From: Eledone cirrhosa
Taxonomy: Eukaryota
NCBI GenBank assembly: GCA_964016885.1
Contig: OZ024740.1
Coordinates: forward strand, 379,006,001 to 379,070,000
Reading direction: 5' to 3'
DNA: 64,000 bases
The stretch's first letter is position 1, and each line of letters begins with the position of its first letter. Positions 27,753 to 41,266 of this stretch are shown here, piece after piece. A program made the translations under genes and the position numbers. The notes under the pieces are model-generated. The model saw nothing but the letters and a program-made list of their open reading frames with translations. It did not search any database and was not told the DNA's origin.

Positions 27753-30704
27753 AAACTCAACATTTGGACGTGAGTCTACATGTGAGAACACATACGTTCC
27801 ACGCGCCGGTCAGTCCCCAAATCATACTGGGTGTAATCCACATAGGCAAGGTACATACATTCAAATCAGGTTATCACCATAATATGAAGACACTATCGTA
27901 TATTATATAGCGAATGTATCCCAAAGGGTAGATGGGATAATCAATCAGACAAATATACATATAGTTAATGGTAAATATGCGAAGGATTATTTAATGCAAA
28001 GTACAATGTATCGGGAACATAAAGGACGAGTGACATAATACATCGTAGTAGTCATGGGAGTGAAAGATAAACAATAAATATAGGAATACAAACTAACAAA
28101 TAGGGTGTAACAAACAAATAAACAAATAAACTGCAGAGCTAAAAAAATAGTAAAGCTTACAAACAGTGAAGTCTCGAAAACAAAAAGTTAAGCTTGAAGG
28201 TATAGTTTGATAAGAGTAGAATACGGATAGAGTTGACGTCAGGTGAGACGTAGTGTACCGTTTGAGCAGTAACCGTTCATGCAGAAACCCAGAAATTCAG
28301 AACTATAGCAGTAGAACCCAGTCAGTATAAGGTAAAGGACATCAGGATATATTCATTTAAATGATTAATTATTTAATTCAAGTGAAAGCAGGATTAAACC
28401 CTCCCCGTCAGCTGTACCATTCTATCTATAATATATATGGAATGCATGCCTCCTATTTGACTAATCACTGTTTGCTGACACTGAAGCTCTAATTTAGATC
28501 CTTACTTTTGAATGTGATACTAAAAAGTAAATGTTTAGATCACTTTGAAAGGAAAATAAAATGTTGCTGAGTTCAGTTTTTCTCTAACGCTAAAATGTTA
28601 AGTAGACTATATTTATTAAAAAAAAAAAAAATAAATAAAATAAATAAAATAAAAACATGTCTATTACCCACTGGGATTGCTGAATAAAATTTTAAAAATA
28701 TCTTTCCATGAAGATTTTTTCTTTTCTCGTTTGCAATATGAATTATTCATGTATATGCTGTGGTGCACCTATAAAGATAGAATAACGAGATAAATGTCTG
28801 GTTTATATTTGATTTAGCCCCTCTAGAGTTCAAACGCAGAATTGAGTTCAAATCGTGATGGAATTTCCTTTGTTTTCCATTGTTTCAGGTTCGCTAAATC
28901 TAGTAATAGCAATCGTATGTTGCACATACGTTTGATAGATTATACATGTTCCTCTATAGGGATGTTATTTTAATCAGTCATAAAGTTCGACACTTCATTT
29001 AACTAAAAATACCTTTTCATAAATCATAAAAAAACAACAACAAAAAACTGAAAGTTTACAGAATGAATGAGGGTTACCTAATTAACATTTCTCAGTTTGT
29101 AAATTACTTCTAACATTTTCATTAAAAACTACATGTATTATGTATTCTTCAAAAAGATTCCATATTTATAGATCTTTTATACGGTTCACAAATCCTTTGT
29201 TTAATTATTGAAAACTATCTTTGTCCTCTATAGTCTTCATCATCAATGTCGCTATTGCTGCTGTCTATCTTCTTCTTACCACCATCATTAATATCGCCAT
29301 CACGATCAACAGCAACAGCAGCAGTGTCAACAACAACATCAACAACAGCAACAAAACGATGACGACGACGATGGCAATAACAAGAGCTGTTATTACTGTT
29401 ATTATTGTTATTACTATTATTGTTGTTATTGTTGTTATTGTTGTTTTAATCATTGCCTTCTTGTTGCTTCTGCAACTCGGAGCTGCTGTCTTCGACAAAT
29501 GACACTACTCTAGCTATTATCAAAAGGAAAGCTGTCACATCAAGCTGAGTACTCTTTGCACTTATATGTAGTGAAGCTATTACTAATTTAAAATAGGCGT
29601 TCTACAGTGGAAAGTATCTTATATCAAATCTGTGCTATCTAGGTACAGTCTCATTTTAACTGATTCTGATGGTTTGATATTCCACCTGACCTTTGAACAC
29701 AGAAAAGATTAATGAAATTAAGACTAAATCTATGCAGAGTTTAACTCTAGCTTTTATATTAAACAATTTTCAATCAAAAATTGATTTATATATTCACAAA
29801 TGTACATTTGTGTAACCAATTATCGAATCTTTACCCTTTATCACATTGGAAGATAATCCATATCTTATTTTTATTACTCATGTTTGCAGTTTTATTACTA
29901 CTCATCTATATTCTTTATTCATTGACTCAATGCTGTTATGCAAGCTGTAAAACGAATTTGCTGAAACATAAAATAAATTAATACGATGTTTCATGTCTAG
30001 AATAGTCAAATAAATCCACTGATAGTTTATAATATAAATAAAAAAAGGCAACGAAAACATTCAACTTGTTGAAAATTATAAGTGTTAACTATGTGTATGT
30101 GTAATATTGACGTTTATATGTAAAACTGAAGTAAAATAAAATGATACGGTGATGATGTTTTTCCAAAGCATCGATTTCCCAGTTTAACATTAAAGTCTTA
30201 TACATGGGTGCCTTTAGCAGAGTCCACTTTGTTACATTCATTTGAACTATGTTTATGAGAATACCTCTGTCCTTTCCTCCTATATCAGTCTCAAAACAGT
30301 AAAAGGGACTCTACCCTTCCTCCTTGGATTAAACCAGTAAAACACCCACACACACACCCACACACACACAAGAAACATGTATTTTAAGACCATCGGCAGC
30401 TTATTTCTAATTTTCAATCACTCAAGACTATATACTATTTCTTTCTGTGACGAGATAACCAGACTTCTATATTTGGAGAAAGAAAATAAAGGCTGTCACA
30501 ACTATTTCCCCCTCTCAAACATTAGTGACATGATGAAGTGAAAAATTTCGACTTCTATCAGCTTTTCGAGGATTTCCTCTTGCTCTACATCACATCACAC
30601 GTCTATTTATAGCTTGGACATAACCTCATAGATTTTAGTGTATGCGTTAACCTAATATATCCCTTCCATATACTGTACCGATTGTGTTGTTATTTCTATT
30701 TACC

Positions 30705-31119
<415 letters not shown>

Positions 31120-31160
31120 ATATCCACTGTTTTGTATAGAATCCTTACTTCCCTTTTCTA

Positions 31161-31216
<56 letters not shown>

Positions 31217-31353
31217 ACCCTTGAGCTGATGTGCGAATAAACATAATGATGTTATCTTGATAATTTGTTCCTGCTCCTTATAATTATATTTATATCAGAG
31301 TGGACACAATATGATATATAGTCAATAAACGGGTTTGTGCGGGAACACAAACA

Positions 31354-31416
31354 GTGCTTCGAACTGTACAGTTTCATCGTCGCGTCTTACGCGCGTTTGA
31401 TTCATTAGCCAAACAC
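31354..31416 (-). ncRNA. Hammerhead motif, probably inactivated (G5A)
   Basis: GTGTTTGG-CTAATGA-ATC..CGCG/CGCG..GAT-GAAA-CTGTACAG-TT-CGAAGCAC; palindromic stem III. Confidence 0.6.
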
Positions 31417-31565
31417 CGCACACAGAAACCACTCCTTATTTCCGAAAAAAATTCAAGAAGGTCCGGGAAGTATGGCGCGACCGGACGATTCTTTAGCGGA
31501 CTTCAGTCTTCAATTTTAGTCAGAGAATTTGTCCGGGATACCAGTAGAGACTAAATTTAATACCG

Positions 31566-31624
<59 letters not shown>

Positions 31625-32484
31625 TGTGTTAAGAAAGAGTACTCAATATCGAAATAGAGTTTAAATATTCCTTATTATGGCTAAGTAGTGAGTCCAAAGC
31701 CAGAGGACATCACTATTATAGTGGTATCAAGGTGTAATATATGTTGTAAAGAGGAGTATGCTACATACGTTAAAAGGAAAAGAATGACTTCAATTTAATT
31801 TAATTTTATAATATGATTTTACAACTTGTACGAGTTATAAGCGTAACATAGCCGCTTGGCTCACAAGGCCACTCAAGAATACAGAGCAAGGTCTATTCAA
31901 CGGACAAGGAAAACAAACAGAAGACATTTGAACGCGAAATCTTGCAATCGAGGTTACCTAAAACAGTAAAGAAAATATGAATGATTAAACGTTAAGATCC
32001 CTCGTCAAAAAAGAGAGACAGACTGTGCACATAATAATAGTAAGCGTATGAAGGAAAAGAACAACTTTCGCTGAAGATGCTTCTTTTTTCCTGTCTACAC
32101 TTCTCGCCTTTCTTTCTCTCCTGACCATCAACCCAGAAATCAGTAATGTAAAAACTCTAAACCGAGAAAACAGTTTCGTATAAAAAAAGAGGAAATGGAA
32201 TCACCCAATAGCAGATATGCATTAGGGGAAGGCAGAAGACTACGTATTCAGAATTTGTTACTCTTACTACTCTATTACCAAACGCAAGTGGGTTCTCCCA
32301 ACCGTGTTATCTGGCGTATTATGAGATTAGACCTTCCCACCAGGCAACACTAGCGTCACTCTCACCTGCCTTTACGCAAATTCACTGGAGGGCATCACCT
32401 TTTTCTTCAAGGGAAACTAGAAGAAGCCGGAGAGCTTGATAACAACAACAACAACAACAGCAGCAACAACAACAATAATAATAA

Positions 32485-32691
32485 TGATTATTTCTAGTAT
32501 AGACACAAGGCCAGTAATTTTGGGGAGGGGAAAGTCGATTAAATCGACCCCAGTACGTTACTGGTGCTTTATTTTATCGACCCCGTAAGGATGCAAGGCA
32601 AAGTTAACCTCGGTGGGATTTGCACTCAGAACGTAAAGGACCGTAACTCTATGCGGCCGACTCTCTGCCGATACTGCCCATCCACCGCCCT
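32485..32691 (-). mobile_element. SINE family A (long subfamily)
   Basis: Contains the extra AGTCGATTAAATCGAC segment that is absent from short copies; (AAT)n tail. Confidence 0.9.
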
Positions 32692-32715
32692 CATAATAAT
32701 AATAATAATAATAAT

Positions 32716-32893
32716 AATTGTTTCTACTTTAGGCACAAGGCCAGCGTTTACCCAGTACATTATTGGTACTTTATTTTATCGACCCCGTAAGGATGAAAGG
32801 AAAAGTTAACCTCGGCGGGATTTGAACTCAGACTGTAAAGGGAAGTAACTATGCTAGAAAGCATGGCGTCCAACCCTCTACCGATACTGCCAA
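32716..32893 (-). mobile_element. SINE family A (short subfamily)
   Basis: Same sequence as 11057-11242 in reverse; (AAT)n on both sides. Confidence 0.9.
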
Positions 32894-32909
32894 TTAATAA
32901 TAATAATAA

Positions 32910-33978
32910 CACGAAAGCATCAAAAGATCATACTCCATTACAAAAGATGCACAAAGATACAGTAATGGACTACAAATTTCAGAAGTCCCATTTACTGCTG
33001 AATTGGAAAACACAGAAAAAGCAAAGCAGGTAAAAGTAACTGCAAAGAAAGAACTGCTACAGAAACTGGCTAAGAAATGGCAAGAAAAGCCTCTGTATGG
33101 AAAATACCCAGAAAGAGCTAACAATCCTGATGTTGACAAAACTTTAACCCATCAGTGGTTGGCATCCTCTGGACTGAAATCGGAGACTGAAGGACTGATT
33201 ATATCAGCACAAGATCAGTGTCTGCCAACAAAAAATTACCAAGCCAACATAATAAAAAATGGATGCAACCCATTATGCCGTATATGTAAAAAAAACCCAG
33301 AGACCATTGATCATATAATCTCAATGTGCAGTCCTATAGCTCAAACCGAACACCGAAACAGAGCTGCACAATACATACATTGGATAATGTGTAAGCATTT
33401 TGACCTGCCTCATCAAAAGAATTGGTGGGAGCATCAACCACCTCCCATACTTGAAAAAGATCACATCTCAATCTTGTGGAACTTTAGCATCCAAACAGAC
33501 CGAAAAATAGATGCAAATAGACCTGATATAATACTGAAGGACTTTAAAAAGAGGGTATGCCTGCTAATTGATATGTCCGTTCCAATAGACAAGAATGTAT
33601 CTATAAAAACTTTTGAAAAATTGAGCAAGTATAAGGACCTGGAGATAGAAATTGGAAAAATGTGGAAACTGAGAACTAAAACAATACCAGTGGTTGTAGG
33701 CGCTCTAGGAATGATACCTAAGGGGTTTAATGATTACTTATCGCAAATCCCAGGAAATCCGCATATAGGAGAAATACAAAAGATAGTACTAATGGGAACT
33801 GCCCATATACTAAGGAAGATTCTGTCAATATAAGTACATCACAAGTCTAAACACCTAAAGATGCATGTGTGTGTATGTATGTTCTTTCTTGAACATGGCG
33901 GACCTTGTTGTCTCTAGAGGTCACTGGTTGTGACTTGGTGATAACTCGTATGAACATAAAGCAAGATAAATGCAACTA
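32910..33978 (+). mobile_element. 5'-truncated R4/Dong-type RLE non-LTR retrotransposon
   Basis: ORF end plus about 145-nt 3' UTR, flanked by (TAA)n on both sides. Confidence 0.85.
33003..33833 (+). CDS. RLE retrotransposon C-terminus (CCHC knuckle plus restriction-like endonuclease)
   Basis: ETEGLIISAQDQ, CRICKKNPETIDHIISMC, RPDIILKD...LIDMSVP...KLSKYKDLEIE, IPVVVGALG. Confidence 0.9.
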   Translation: MENTEKAKQVKVTAKKELLQKLAKKWQEKPLYGKYPERANNPDVDKTLTHQWLASSGLKSETEGLIISAQDQCLPTKNYQANIIKNGCNPLCRICKKNPETIDHIISMCSPIAQTEHRNRAAQYIHWIMCKHFDLPHQKNWWEHQPPPILEKDHISILWNFSIQTDRKIDANRPDIILKDFKKRVCLLIDMSVPIDKNVSIKTFEKLSKYKDLEIEIGKMWKLRTKTIPVVVGALGMIPKGFNDYLSQIPGNPHIGEIQKIVLMGTAHILRKILSI

Positions 33979-33999
33979 TAATAATAATAATAATAATAC

Positions 34000-34445
34000 A
34001 GGTGAAGGTGCTATTGGATTTTAGGATACAGACGGACAAGAAATTAGCACACAATAGGCCTGATCTGGTGGTTTTGGACAAGAAAAAAGATCGTGCCTGA
34101 TTGTAGATGTAGCCTGCCCATTTGACACGAGAGTGCAAGAAAAGGAGTGGGATAAAATTAACCGATACCAAGATTTAAAGTGGGAGTTAAAAAGAATTTG
34201 GAACTGCCATGAAATCAAGGTCGTCCCGATTGTCATAGGCGCACTAGGTACTATTTCAAAGAGTTTCCAAAAATGGTTAAAGAAGTTTTGTCCAGCCCCG
34301 CATTTTGGAACACTTCAAAAGACATGCTTGCTGGGAACAGCAAGAACCCTCCGATAGGTCCTGAATGTCTGAGGCTGCAGGTAGTGGCTTGATATTCATG
34401 TCAACAAACCTTCCAGTTAAATAACATCAATGACTGAGACTCAAA
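34000..34445 (+). mobile_element. Second, divergent R4/Dong-type 3' fragment
   Basis: QTDKKLAHNRPDLVVLD...IVDVACPFD...KINRYQDLKWE...VPIVIGALG; ends in (CAA)n(TAA)n. Confidence 0.85.
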
Positions 34446-34455
34446 GAACAACAAC

Positions 34456-34495
<40 letters not shown>

Positions 34496-34923
34496 CTAAT
34501 TATAATAATAATGATATTTATTTGCGACAAATATGAGAGAATATTACAAGAACACATCATTAAAGTTGAAGGTACAAGCAGAAGTATACACACATAATTT
34601 AGTAATATCAAAACAGTTCTAGGGTTGCTATGTAATACTAGTATTCGTGTTGTGCAGTTTCAGCGTATTCTGCTAGCAGACTTTGTTTCTACCTGTGAGA
34701 ACTGCCAGCATCAATGCTGTTCTCTTTTCAGCAGCCTCTGTCGCCATGACACCCACTGGTAAACTAGAACATCTCGTGCTTTTAATTTTACTTTTACTAT
34801 TACATTATTTTACTTTGTTGCTTGTATAGTAATAAAGACAACATTTATATGCACACACAAACACACACCTATATATATAAACACATATATTTATATATAT
34901 ATACACACACATACACACATATG

Positions 34924-34966
<43 letters not shown>

Positions 34967-34969
<3 letters not shown>

Positions 34970-35281
34970 AGGTGAGTTTTATTGTAGTACAATAAAGCAA
35001 TGCAGATATCGGATAAGAAGCACTCTACAGTTTGTAGGACTGGAGTATACATAATATAGAACAAAAGATGGTTAAAAGAGTTCCATGTATTTTATTATGC
35101 ATCAATCTAAAACTACTTCTCATATGTTGATTTAAAACTGCACTATCCACAAGTGTTTTTTAACCTTCATATCATGTCTTCCTGTTTTATCTGATGAAAA
35201 CACAAATATTATTGCATGATGATATTTGTTTTTGAAATGTGCATAATAAAATACATGGAACTCTTTTAACCATCTTTTGTT

Positions 35282-35284
<3 letters not shown>
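34967..35284 (+). mobile_element. Non-coding HHR-bearing fold-back cassette in (TA)n (sibling at 50395-50683)
   Basis: Inverted arms about 35056-35101 and 35241-35284 surround a hammerhead. The whole unit recurs in opposite orientation 15 kb away. Confidence 0.8.
35183..35253 (+). ncRNA. Type I hammerhead ribozyme, canonical core
   Basis: TGTTTTAT-CTGATGA-AAACACAAATATTATT(gcat)GATGATATTTGTTTTT-GAAA-TGTGCA-TA-ATAAAATA. Confidence 0.8.
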
Positions 35285-35353
<69 letters not shown>

Positions 35354-35431
35354 TATATACATTATGAAGGGAGAAGAAACATTTAGATATAATTAGTAAT
35401 AAAATGTATCATACCTAAACTGCTCCTAGAT

Positions 35432-35521
35432 TCCTCGACTACGTAGTTTCGTGGCATAAACAAAAACAATACATCATAAAGATATAGAGTCTTTGCGAGG
35501 TCTGCCGACTTATCAAGTGGA
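35432..35521 (-). ncRNA. Hammerhead ribozyme with U3-A8 variant core (second family)
   Basis: TCCAC-TTGATAA-GTcGGCA..TGCCAC-GAAA-CTACGTAG-TC-GAGGA; palindromic stem III, GUC triplet. Confidence 0.7.
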
Positions 35522-36053
35522 TACCTCATTTTACTAGCTTCAAGAACACGTCTACACGACGTGAGAAAGAATCCCAAAAGGCGGAGGGGGAGATAGTCAC
35601 GCGATATAACGGTCGAGAAACAGATATATATATATATATATATACACACACACGCACATATATACTGTATACATATATATATCCAATCGCAAACAGAGTT
35701 TAATGTATACACATACATAATTGCCGCACAAATACTAATATGTACATACTAGCTAAAGATGGAGCCGTTAAGTGGTCCCTTGATCAGTTAGAATGAACAG
35801 CCAAATCTCCCTCAAGCCATACCCAGTCATCTTAAAAAAGGAAAAAAACATACAGCTTACTGTAGCCTTAGATATATTATGCCTGATAAAGAGATGAGAC
35901 GGTCACACTTTAAACGCTTCTGGTGATAGATGTATTCTATCATGGCTAGCTTATGGTTAAATATAAACAATTCATAAACAAACACACAATTAATACTTAT
36001 AAACTACTAGTATTTGTACATAGACAAACAGAGACATGTATATATATATATAT

Positions 36054-36243
36054 AATTGTTTCTACTTTTGGCACGAGGCCAGCAATTACCCAGTGCATTA
36101 CTGGTACTTTATTTTTATCGAAGCCGTAGGATGAAAAGCAAAGTTAATCTCGGGGGGATTTGAACTCAGTCCGTAAAGGCACGTAACTATGCTGCAAAGT
36201 GCATAGCGTCCGACCCTCTACCGATACTGCCAATCCACCGCCC
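36054..36243 (-). mobile_element. SINE family A
   Basis: Full-length reverse copy inside (TA)n. Confidence 0.9.
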
Positions 36244-36321
36244 TTGTATATATATATAATGATATATAAGGGAACACAGAATCAGTGTTGCATCATATAT
36301 ATATATATTTAATTACATATA

Positions 36322-36356
<35 letters not shown>

Positions 36357-36474
36357 CAAGACACTTTATTTCACGTTGCTCCTTCTACCTGGAGTTGCGA
36401 CCGATAGATAGTGCTAGCATCTGGAAAGACCGACGAAAACATTGTTTCCTCGGTCCGATTTGACGAATGTCGAT

Positions 36475-36593
<119 letters not shown>

Positions 36594-36819
36594 ACACACA
36601 AACAGGTGCACACACATAAGCGCGCACACACACACAATGTATGTATAGAAACAAAATATATATATGAATATGCATACATTCAAATATAATACTTCAAATG
36701 TCAAAATAGACTGATATATACTAATACACATTCAGATACATATATACATATGCAATTCATACATGCATGCGTACAAACATACGCACATACATGCATACAT
36801 CCATACATACATATCCACG

Positions 36820-37300
36820 CATACAATAAGATCCATACCTGCAAACACATGCATACATATCTACCTAGTTGATGTTGTGAACATTCCAATGAGGGACTCT
36901 TGTGTCTATGTTAGAAACCGACTCTCTCTCTATTGGCAAACATTTGTGACATTATAAAACCAGAAGGACATAAATACATACATACAGAGGAAATTACAAG
37001 TACTATCCATTAACGGAACAGTAAAAATATGTAAAACATTCCAAAAATTCTGCAGCTAATAACTGCATATACACTTGTACAGGAATAAAGCATATGCACG
37101 TGCACACATACAACTCAAAACATCCACATCCACACATACAATAACATCCATACCTGCACACACATGCATACATACAGATATGCAGACATATCTACCTAGT
37201 TGATGTTGTGGAAATTCCAATGAGAGAGTCTTGTATCTATGTTAGAAACCGACTCTCTCTCTCTATTGGCAAACATTTGTGAAATTATAAAATCAGAAAA
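36820..37300. repeat. Local direct duplication of about 150 bp
   Basis: ATCTACCTAGTTGATGTTGTG...GGCAAACATTTGTGA at about 36859 and about 37190. Confidence 0.85.
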
Positions 37301-37943
37301 ACATACATACATACATACGTACACACATACATACGTACATGTGTTTGTATGTGTGTGCCTGTCTGAGTGTGTGTAATTATACATCACATGTCAAGCAAAT
37401 ATATTCTCATTTATAGATCGGTAAAGAATAAGATGGAAGAAAGATATAGAAAAAATTGTCGAATTGGGAATAAGTTCCTGGTTTGTGAGAAGAATGAAGA
37501 TCATATTAAGAATCTATTTCTATTATTCCACACATTGCTGACATTTTTATACATTGATATAGATGTATTTCAACAACCGAGTTAGCTTTGTTTTATACAA
37601 ATATACAGAAATGGGTGAACAGTATAGAGTAAGAAGAGTTAAGCACTGACGTATGGCCAATTTAAATAGCTTTCCTTTATTTGGTAGGTCTGGAGAAATG
37701 GCTTGTAGCTTGAGCCTCTAGAGTTTTCTCTAACCTATTGGGTGGGATTAAAGCCGTCGATGTTCCGCTTAAACTGTTACCAGTCGTCTCCTGTAGGAAA
37801 GACATGCATGGAAGGGTTTCCAGAGGCACGACGTTCTGGACAGGAAAGATTGGGCGTGGTGGTTAGTGCGGAACCTCCTGGATACAACACGTGTATTGAC
37901 AGGCATGAACGTCACATGTGCTCGTCATACTACCTTATAAATT

Positions 37944-38110
37944 AATTGTTTCTACTTTTGGCACAAGGCCAGCAATTATCCCAGTACATTACTGGTACTT
38001 TATTTTATCGACCCCGTAAGGATGAAAGGCAAAGTAAACCTCGGCGGGAATTGAACTCAGATCGTAAAGGGACGTAACTATGCTGGAAAGCATATCCTAC
38101 CCTCTACCGA
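37944..38110 (-). mobile_element. SINE family A
   Basis: Reverse copy, slightly 5'-truncated. Confidence 0.9.
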
Positions 38111-38686
38111 TAAATTAATAGATTTCATTAATAGATTACGAAATCAATAATATGTTCGTCTTTAGCCCTATCCAGAAAATAAAAGATTAGTTAGAAAGAG
38201 CTTTGGACATTTTAATGAACTGAATAAAAACTGATTAGAACTGAATTAGTTACAATAGTGTGCCGTATTCGTGGCCGTTTACATCTATTTCTACGTTATT
38301 TTCTACGCGGACGTAATCAGTGATTTAGCAGCTATTTCTAGCTTGTAGAGCAATCGATAGAGACCTATTTGTTGACTTCGGAGAAATATGCTTTTATTCC
38401 TAACGACATCTCATCTTTGACGACTCATACCAATTGAATATATATCCACATGTGTCGTTATTATTCTTTTATTCAAAGAGGTACCATGCATAAAGCTAGA
38501 GCTGTGAAATCTTGCATGCATTAATTTCAACTTTTATTAATAATTGCATTGTTTCTTCCCAGAGACTATGTTTAAAAAATAAACCTCATTTGGTCATTCC
38601 ACGAGAGAATCTTGGTCAGCCTATGAACCTTAACGTTTCTATCAATTCAGCCACTGCAATTCATACACACAATTAAAACAAGTAGA

Positions 38687-39504
38687 CGTCAAGTCTCCCC
38701 AAAGCACCTGGGATGCCATCCAGTGAAGCCTGGCCTCAGACAGGCTCACGCGCCAGCTCGACCAGCACCGCCTTGCCTGCTTTCGTGCGGCCTCCAAACC
38801 CCACAGTGGTGCCTGGCTCCATGCCCTGCCCTCCTTCTCCACTGGCACGCAGCTAGTCAACAATAGCCTACGCATCAGCGTTTCCTTGAGGCTCGCCCTT
38901 CCGGGTTTGCGAGCCACACCAATGTCGCTGCGGATCCAGAGTGGACTCTTTCGGCCTCCACCCGCTTTCCTGTCACCACAGTACCAGCCGCCTTCCACGC
39001 CATGCTGCCCTCAACGAAGTCATAAAGCATGGCTTTGACTCTGCGGGCTTCCCTTCCCAGCTCGAGCCGGTGGGGCTGGACCGAGGGGACGGCAAAAGGC
39101 CAGATGGCATGACCGTCTTCCAGTTCCGCGGCGACAAACCCCTCGTCTGGGATGCTACTTGCACCGACACTTTCTGCAGCCACAACCTGGTGCAGTCTGC
39201 CACTAACCAATGTTCTGCTGCACGTCGGGCTGAGGAGGCCAGGCTCCTCAAATACCGGTCGCTCTCCGACAGGTTTGCGGTTGTACCCCTGGCGGTGGAG
39301 ACTTCTGGTGTCCTCGGTCCCAGGGCTATCTCCCTACTCACCACCATAGGCGCTGAGCTGGCCAGTCGCAGGTGTGAACCCCGCGAGTTGGAGTGGCTTT
39401 TCCAGCGCGTCTCTCTTACCGTCCTCCGCGGGAACGCCTTCTCCCTCCTGTCCGTCGGGCTGTGGGGGAGGGGGGGGGGGAATCGCGTAACATTCCCTAT
39501 TTAG
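38687..39504 (+). mobile_element. CRE-clade RLE non-LTR retrotransposon 3' fragment, GC-rich
   Basis: HSGAWLHALP, CRCGSRVDSFGLHPLSC, RHAALN, KRPDGMT..WDATC, PLAVETSGVLGP; one stop and one frameshift upstream of 38941. Confidence 0.85.
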
Positions 39505-40339
39505 GTATCCAGATTAATGGTTTCTAGGGTATTATATTCTGTTAAACAGTTATATATATAAACTGTCGCTAGCTTTTGTTCTTCCCTTGTATTAAAACAA
39601 TATACTTAGAGCAAAATATAGTTACATATTAAGTGTAAAGACACCGAAGCTGCACATTGTAATAAATACATAATAGATTCTATGCTTTATTCCGTAAACA
39701 ATCGTATTTCTAGTTGTCAGACGCCCATAAAAGTATATGAATACATGGTTCCTTTGATAGTGGAATAGCAAGAAGTCATGACTATTTTATGACTTACATG
39801 AACCACGTCACAGAAACTGGTAACATAAAGACTCACTTGAAATATGAAGAGCCCTCTTGATTTGCTTTGCAAAAGGCGTTACATATATCACAAATAACTG
39901 AATATACCTTAAATTCAATTTTTAATGTGGATCTCGGAGATTCACGAACTTTATAAATATTTGCAATAGATAATTGAGTGCAGTTGTATTCGTGATATTC
40001 AAACTGCTTTCGTTATCACCGGTTTTTGTACCGCATAAAGGATAATATTCTCGTACGACTCCCTTCGTTGTTTATCTGACGAAGACACCTCGTCTACATT
40101 ACTTACTTCTATGAACGTTTAAAAGGGAGACAATAGTAAACGGAGAAGTAACAAAATAAACTATGTATTTATTTCGAAATCTAAATTGATTTTATTATCA
40201 TGTCTCTTTGTATTTGTTGGAGGGACGTTGGTACTGGATAGGCAGAGGGGGCATGACTTTCACAATAATTATATTTTTCTCCCCAAACTACCAAAACACA
40301 TCTATTTGTATATGCACTACAATTTATGTACATGTTATG

Positions 40340-41150
40340 TAGAGATAGATGGGAGAGATAGGTATAGATATATATATAGAGAGAGAGTTTGGTGTTAATT
40401 GATATATAGAGGGGGACAGTTTGGTGATAATGAATAGAGCGAGCGGATTGATAGATATAGAGAGGGGGAATAGTTTGGTAGTAATTGATATAGAGAGGGG
40501 GTGTTGGGAAACAGTTCCGTGTAGTAGATGTAGAGAGGGGGACTGTATGGTGTTAATTGATATAGTGAGGGGGATTGGAAAAGAGTTTCGTGTAGTAGAT
40601 ATAGGGAGGGGGAGAGTTTGGATTTAATTGATATAAAGAGAAGGGTTGGAAGATTGTTCCGTGTAGTAGATATAGAGAGGGGGATGGTTTGGTAGTGATG
40701 GAAAGAGTGAGAAGAAAAGAGAGAGAGAGAGAGAGAGAAAGAGAGTGTGTGTGTGTGTATGGTAGATATAGAGAGAGGGATAGTTTAGAGGTAATTGATA
40801 TATAGAGGTGGACTGGGAGAGAGAGTATCGTGTAGTTGATATAGAGAAGAGTAGATTTAAATGGTTGTAGATATAATGAGGGGGTTGGGAGGGATAAATA
40901 TATGGTCAATATATAGAGAGGACTGGATGAGGCACTGTCGTAAAATATATAGAGAGGGTAGTTTGTGATGGAGAGAGAGAGAACGATTACGACAGAGTGT
41001 GATAGAGATGGTGATGGGGAGAGTTTGGAGATGATTGATATAAAGATGCTAGATATAGAGACTAGATATAGAGAGGGGGATAACAGATCGGTGTCGTTGT
41101 AGATATAGAGAGGGGCAGAGTTTGGTTTTTGTAGATACAGAGAGGGGGGA
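40340..41150. repeat. Degenerate purine-rich minisatellite (about 30-bp unit)
   Basis: Recurrent GATATAGAGAGGGG..GTTTGG..GTA. Confidence 0.8.
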
Positions 41151-41211
41151 TGAAAGAGAAAGTGAATACCGAAGTAGAGTTTAAACATTCATTTATTATG
41201 GCTAAGTGATG

Positions 41212-41266
41212 AGCCTTGTTACTCTGGAGTCTCACCTGGGTACTCACAGGGTCATCAGACAAGACT
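41212..41266 (-). ncRNA. Hammerhead motif (GAAA changed to GAGA) inside a fold-back of about 155 nt
   Basis: AGTCTTGT-CTGATGA-cCCTG..CAGGt-GAGA-CTCCAGAG-TA-ACAAGGCT with an 8-bp stem I; a decayed mirror copy lies on + at about 41265-41308. Confidence 0.7.

Noticed and set aside
29221-29502. Hydrophobic membrane-protein-like ORFs on both strands
   Set aside because: Degenerate trinucleotide repeats (AAC/ATT/GTT).
40340-41150. CRISPR-like repeat/spacer array
   Set aside because: Degenerate tandem minisatellite without constant repeats or unique spacers; eukaryotic context with no cas genes.
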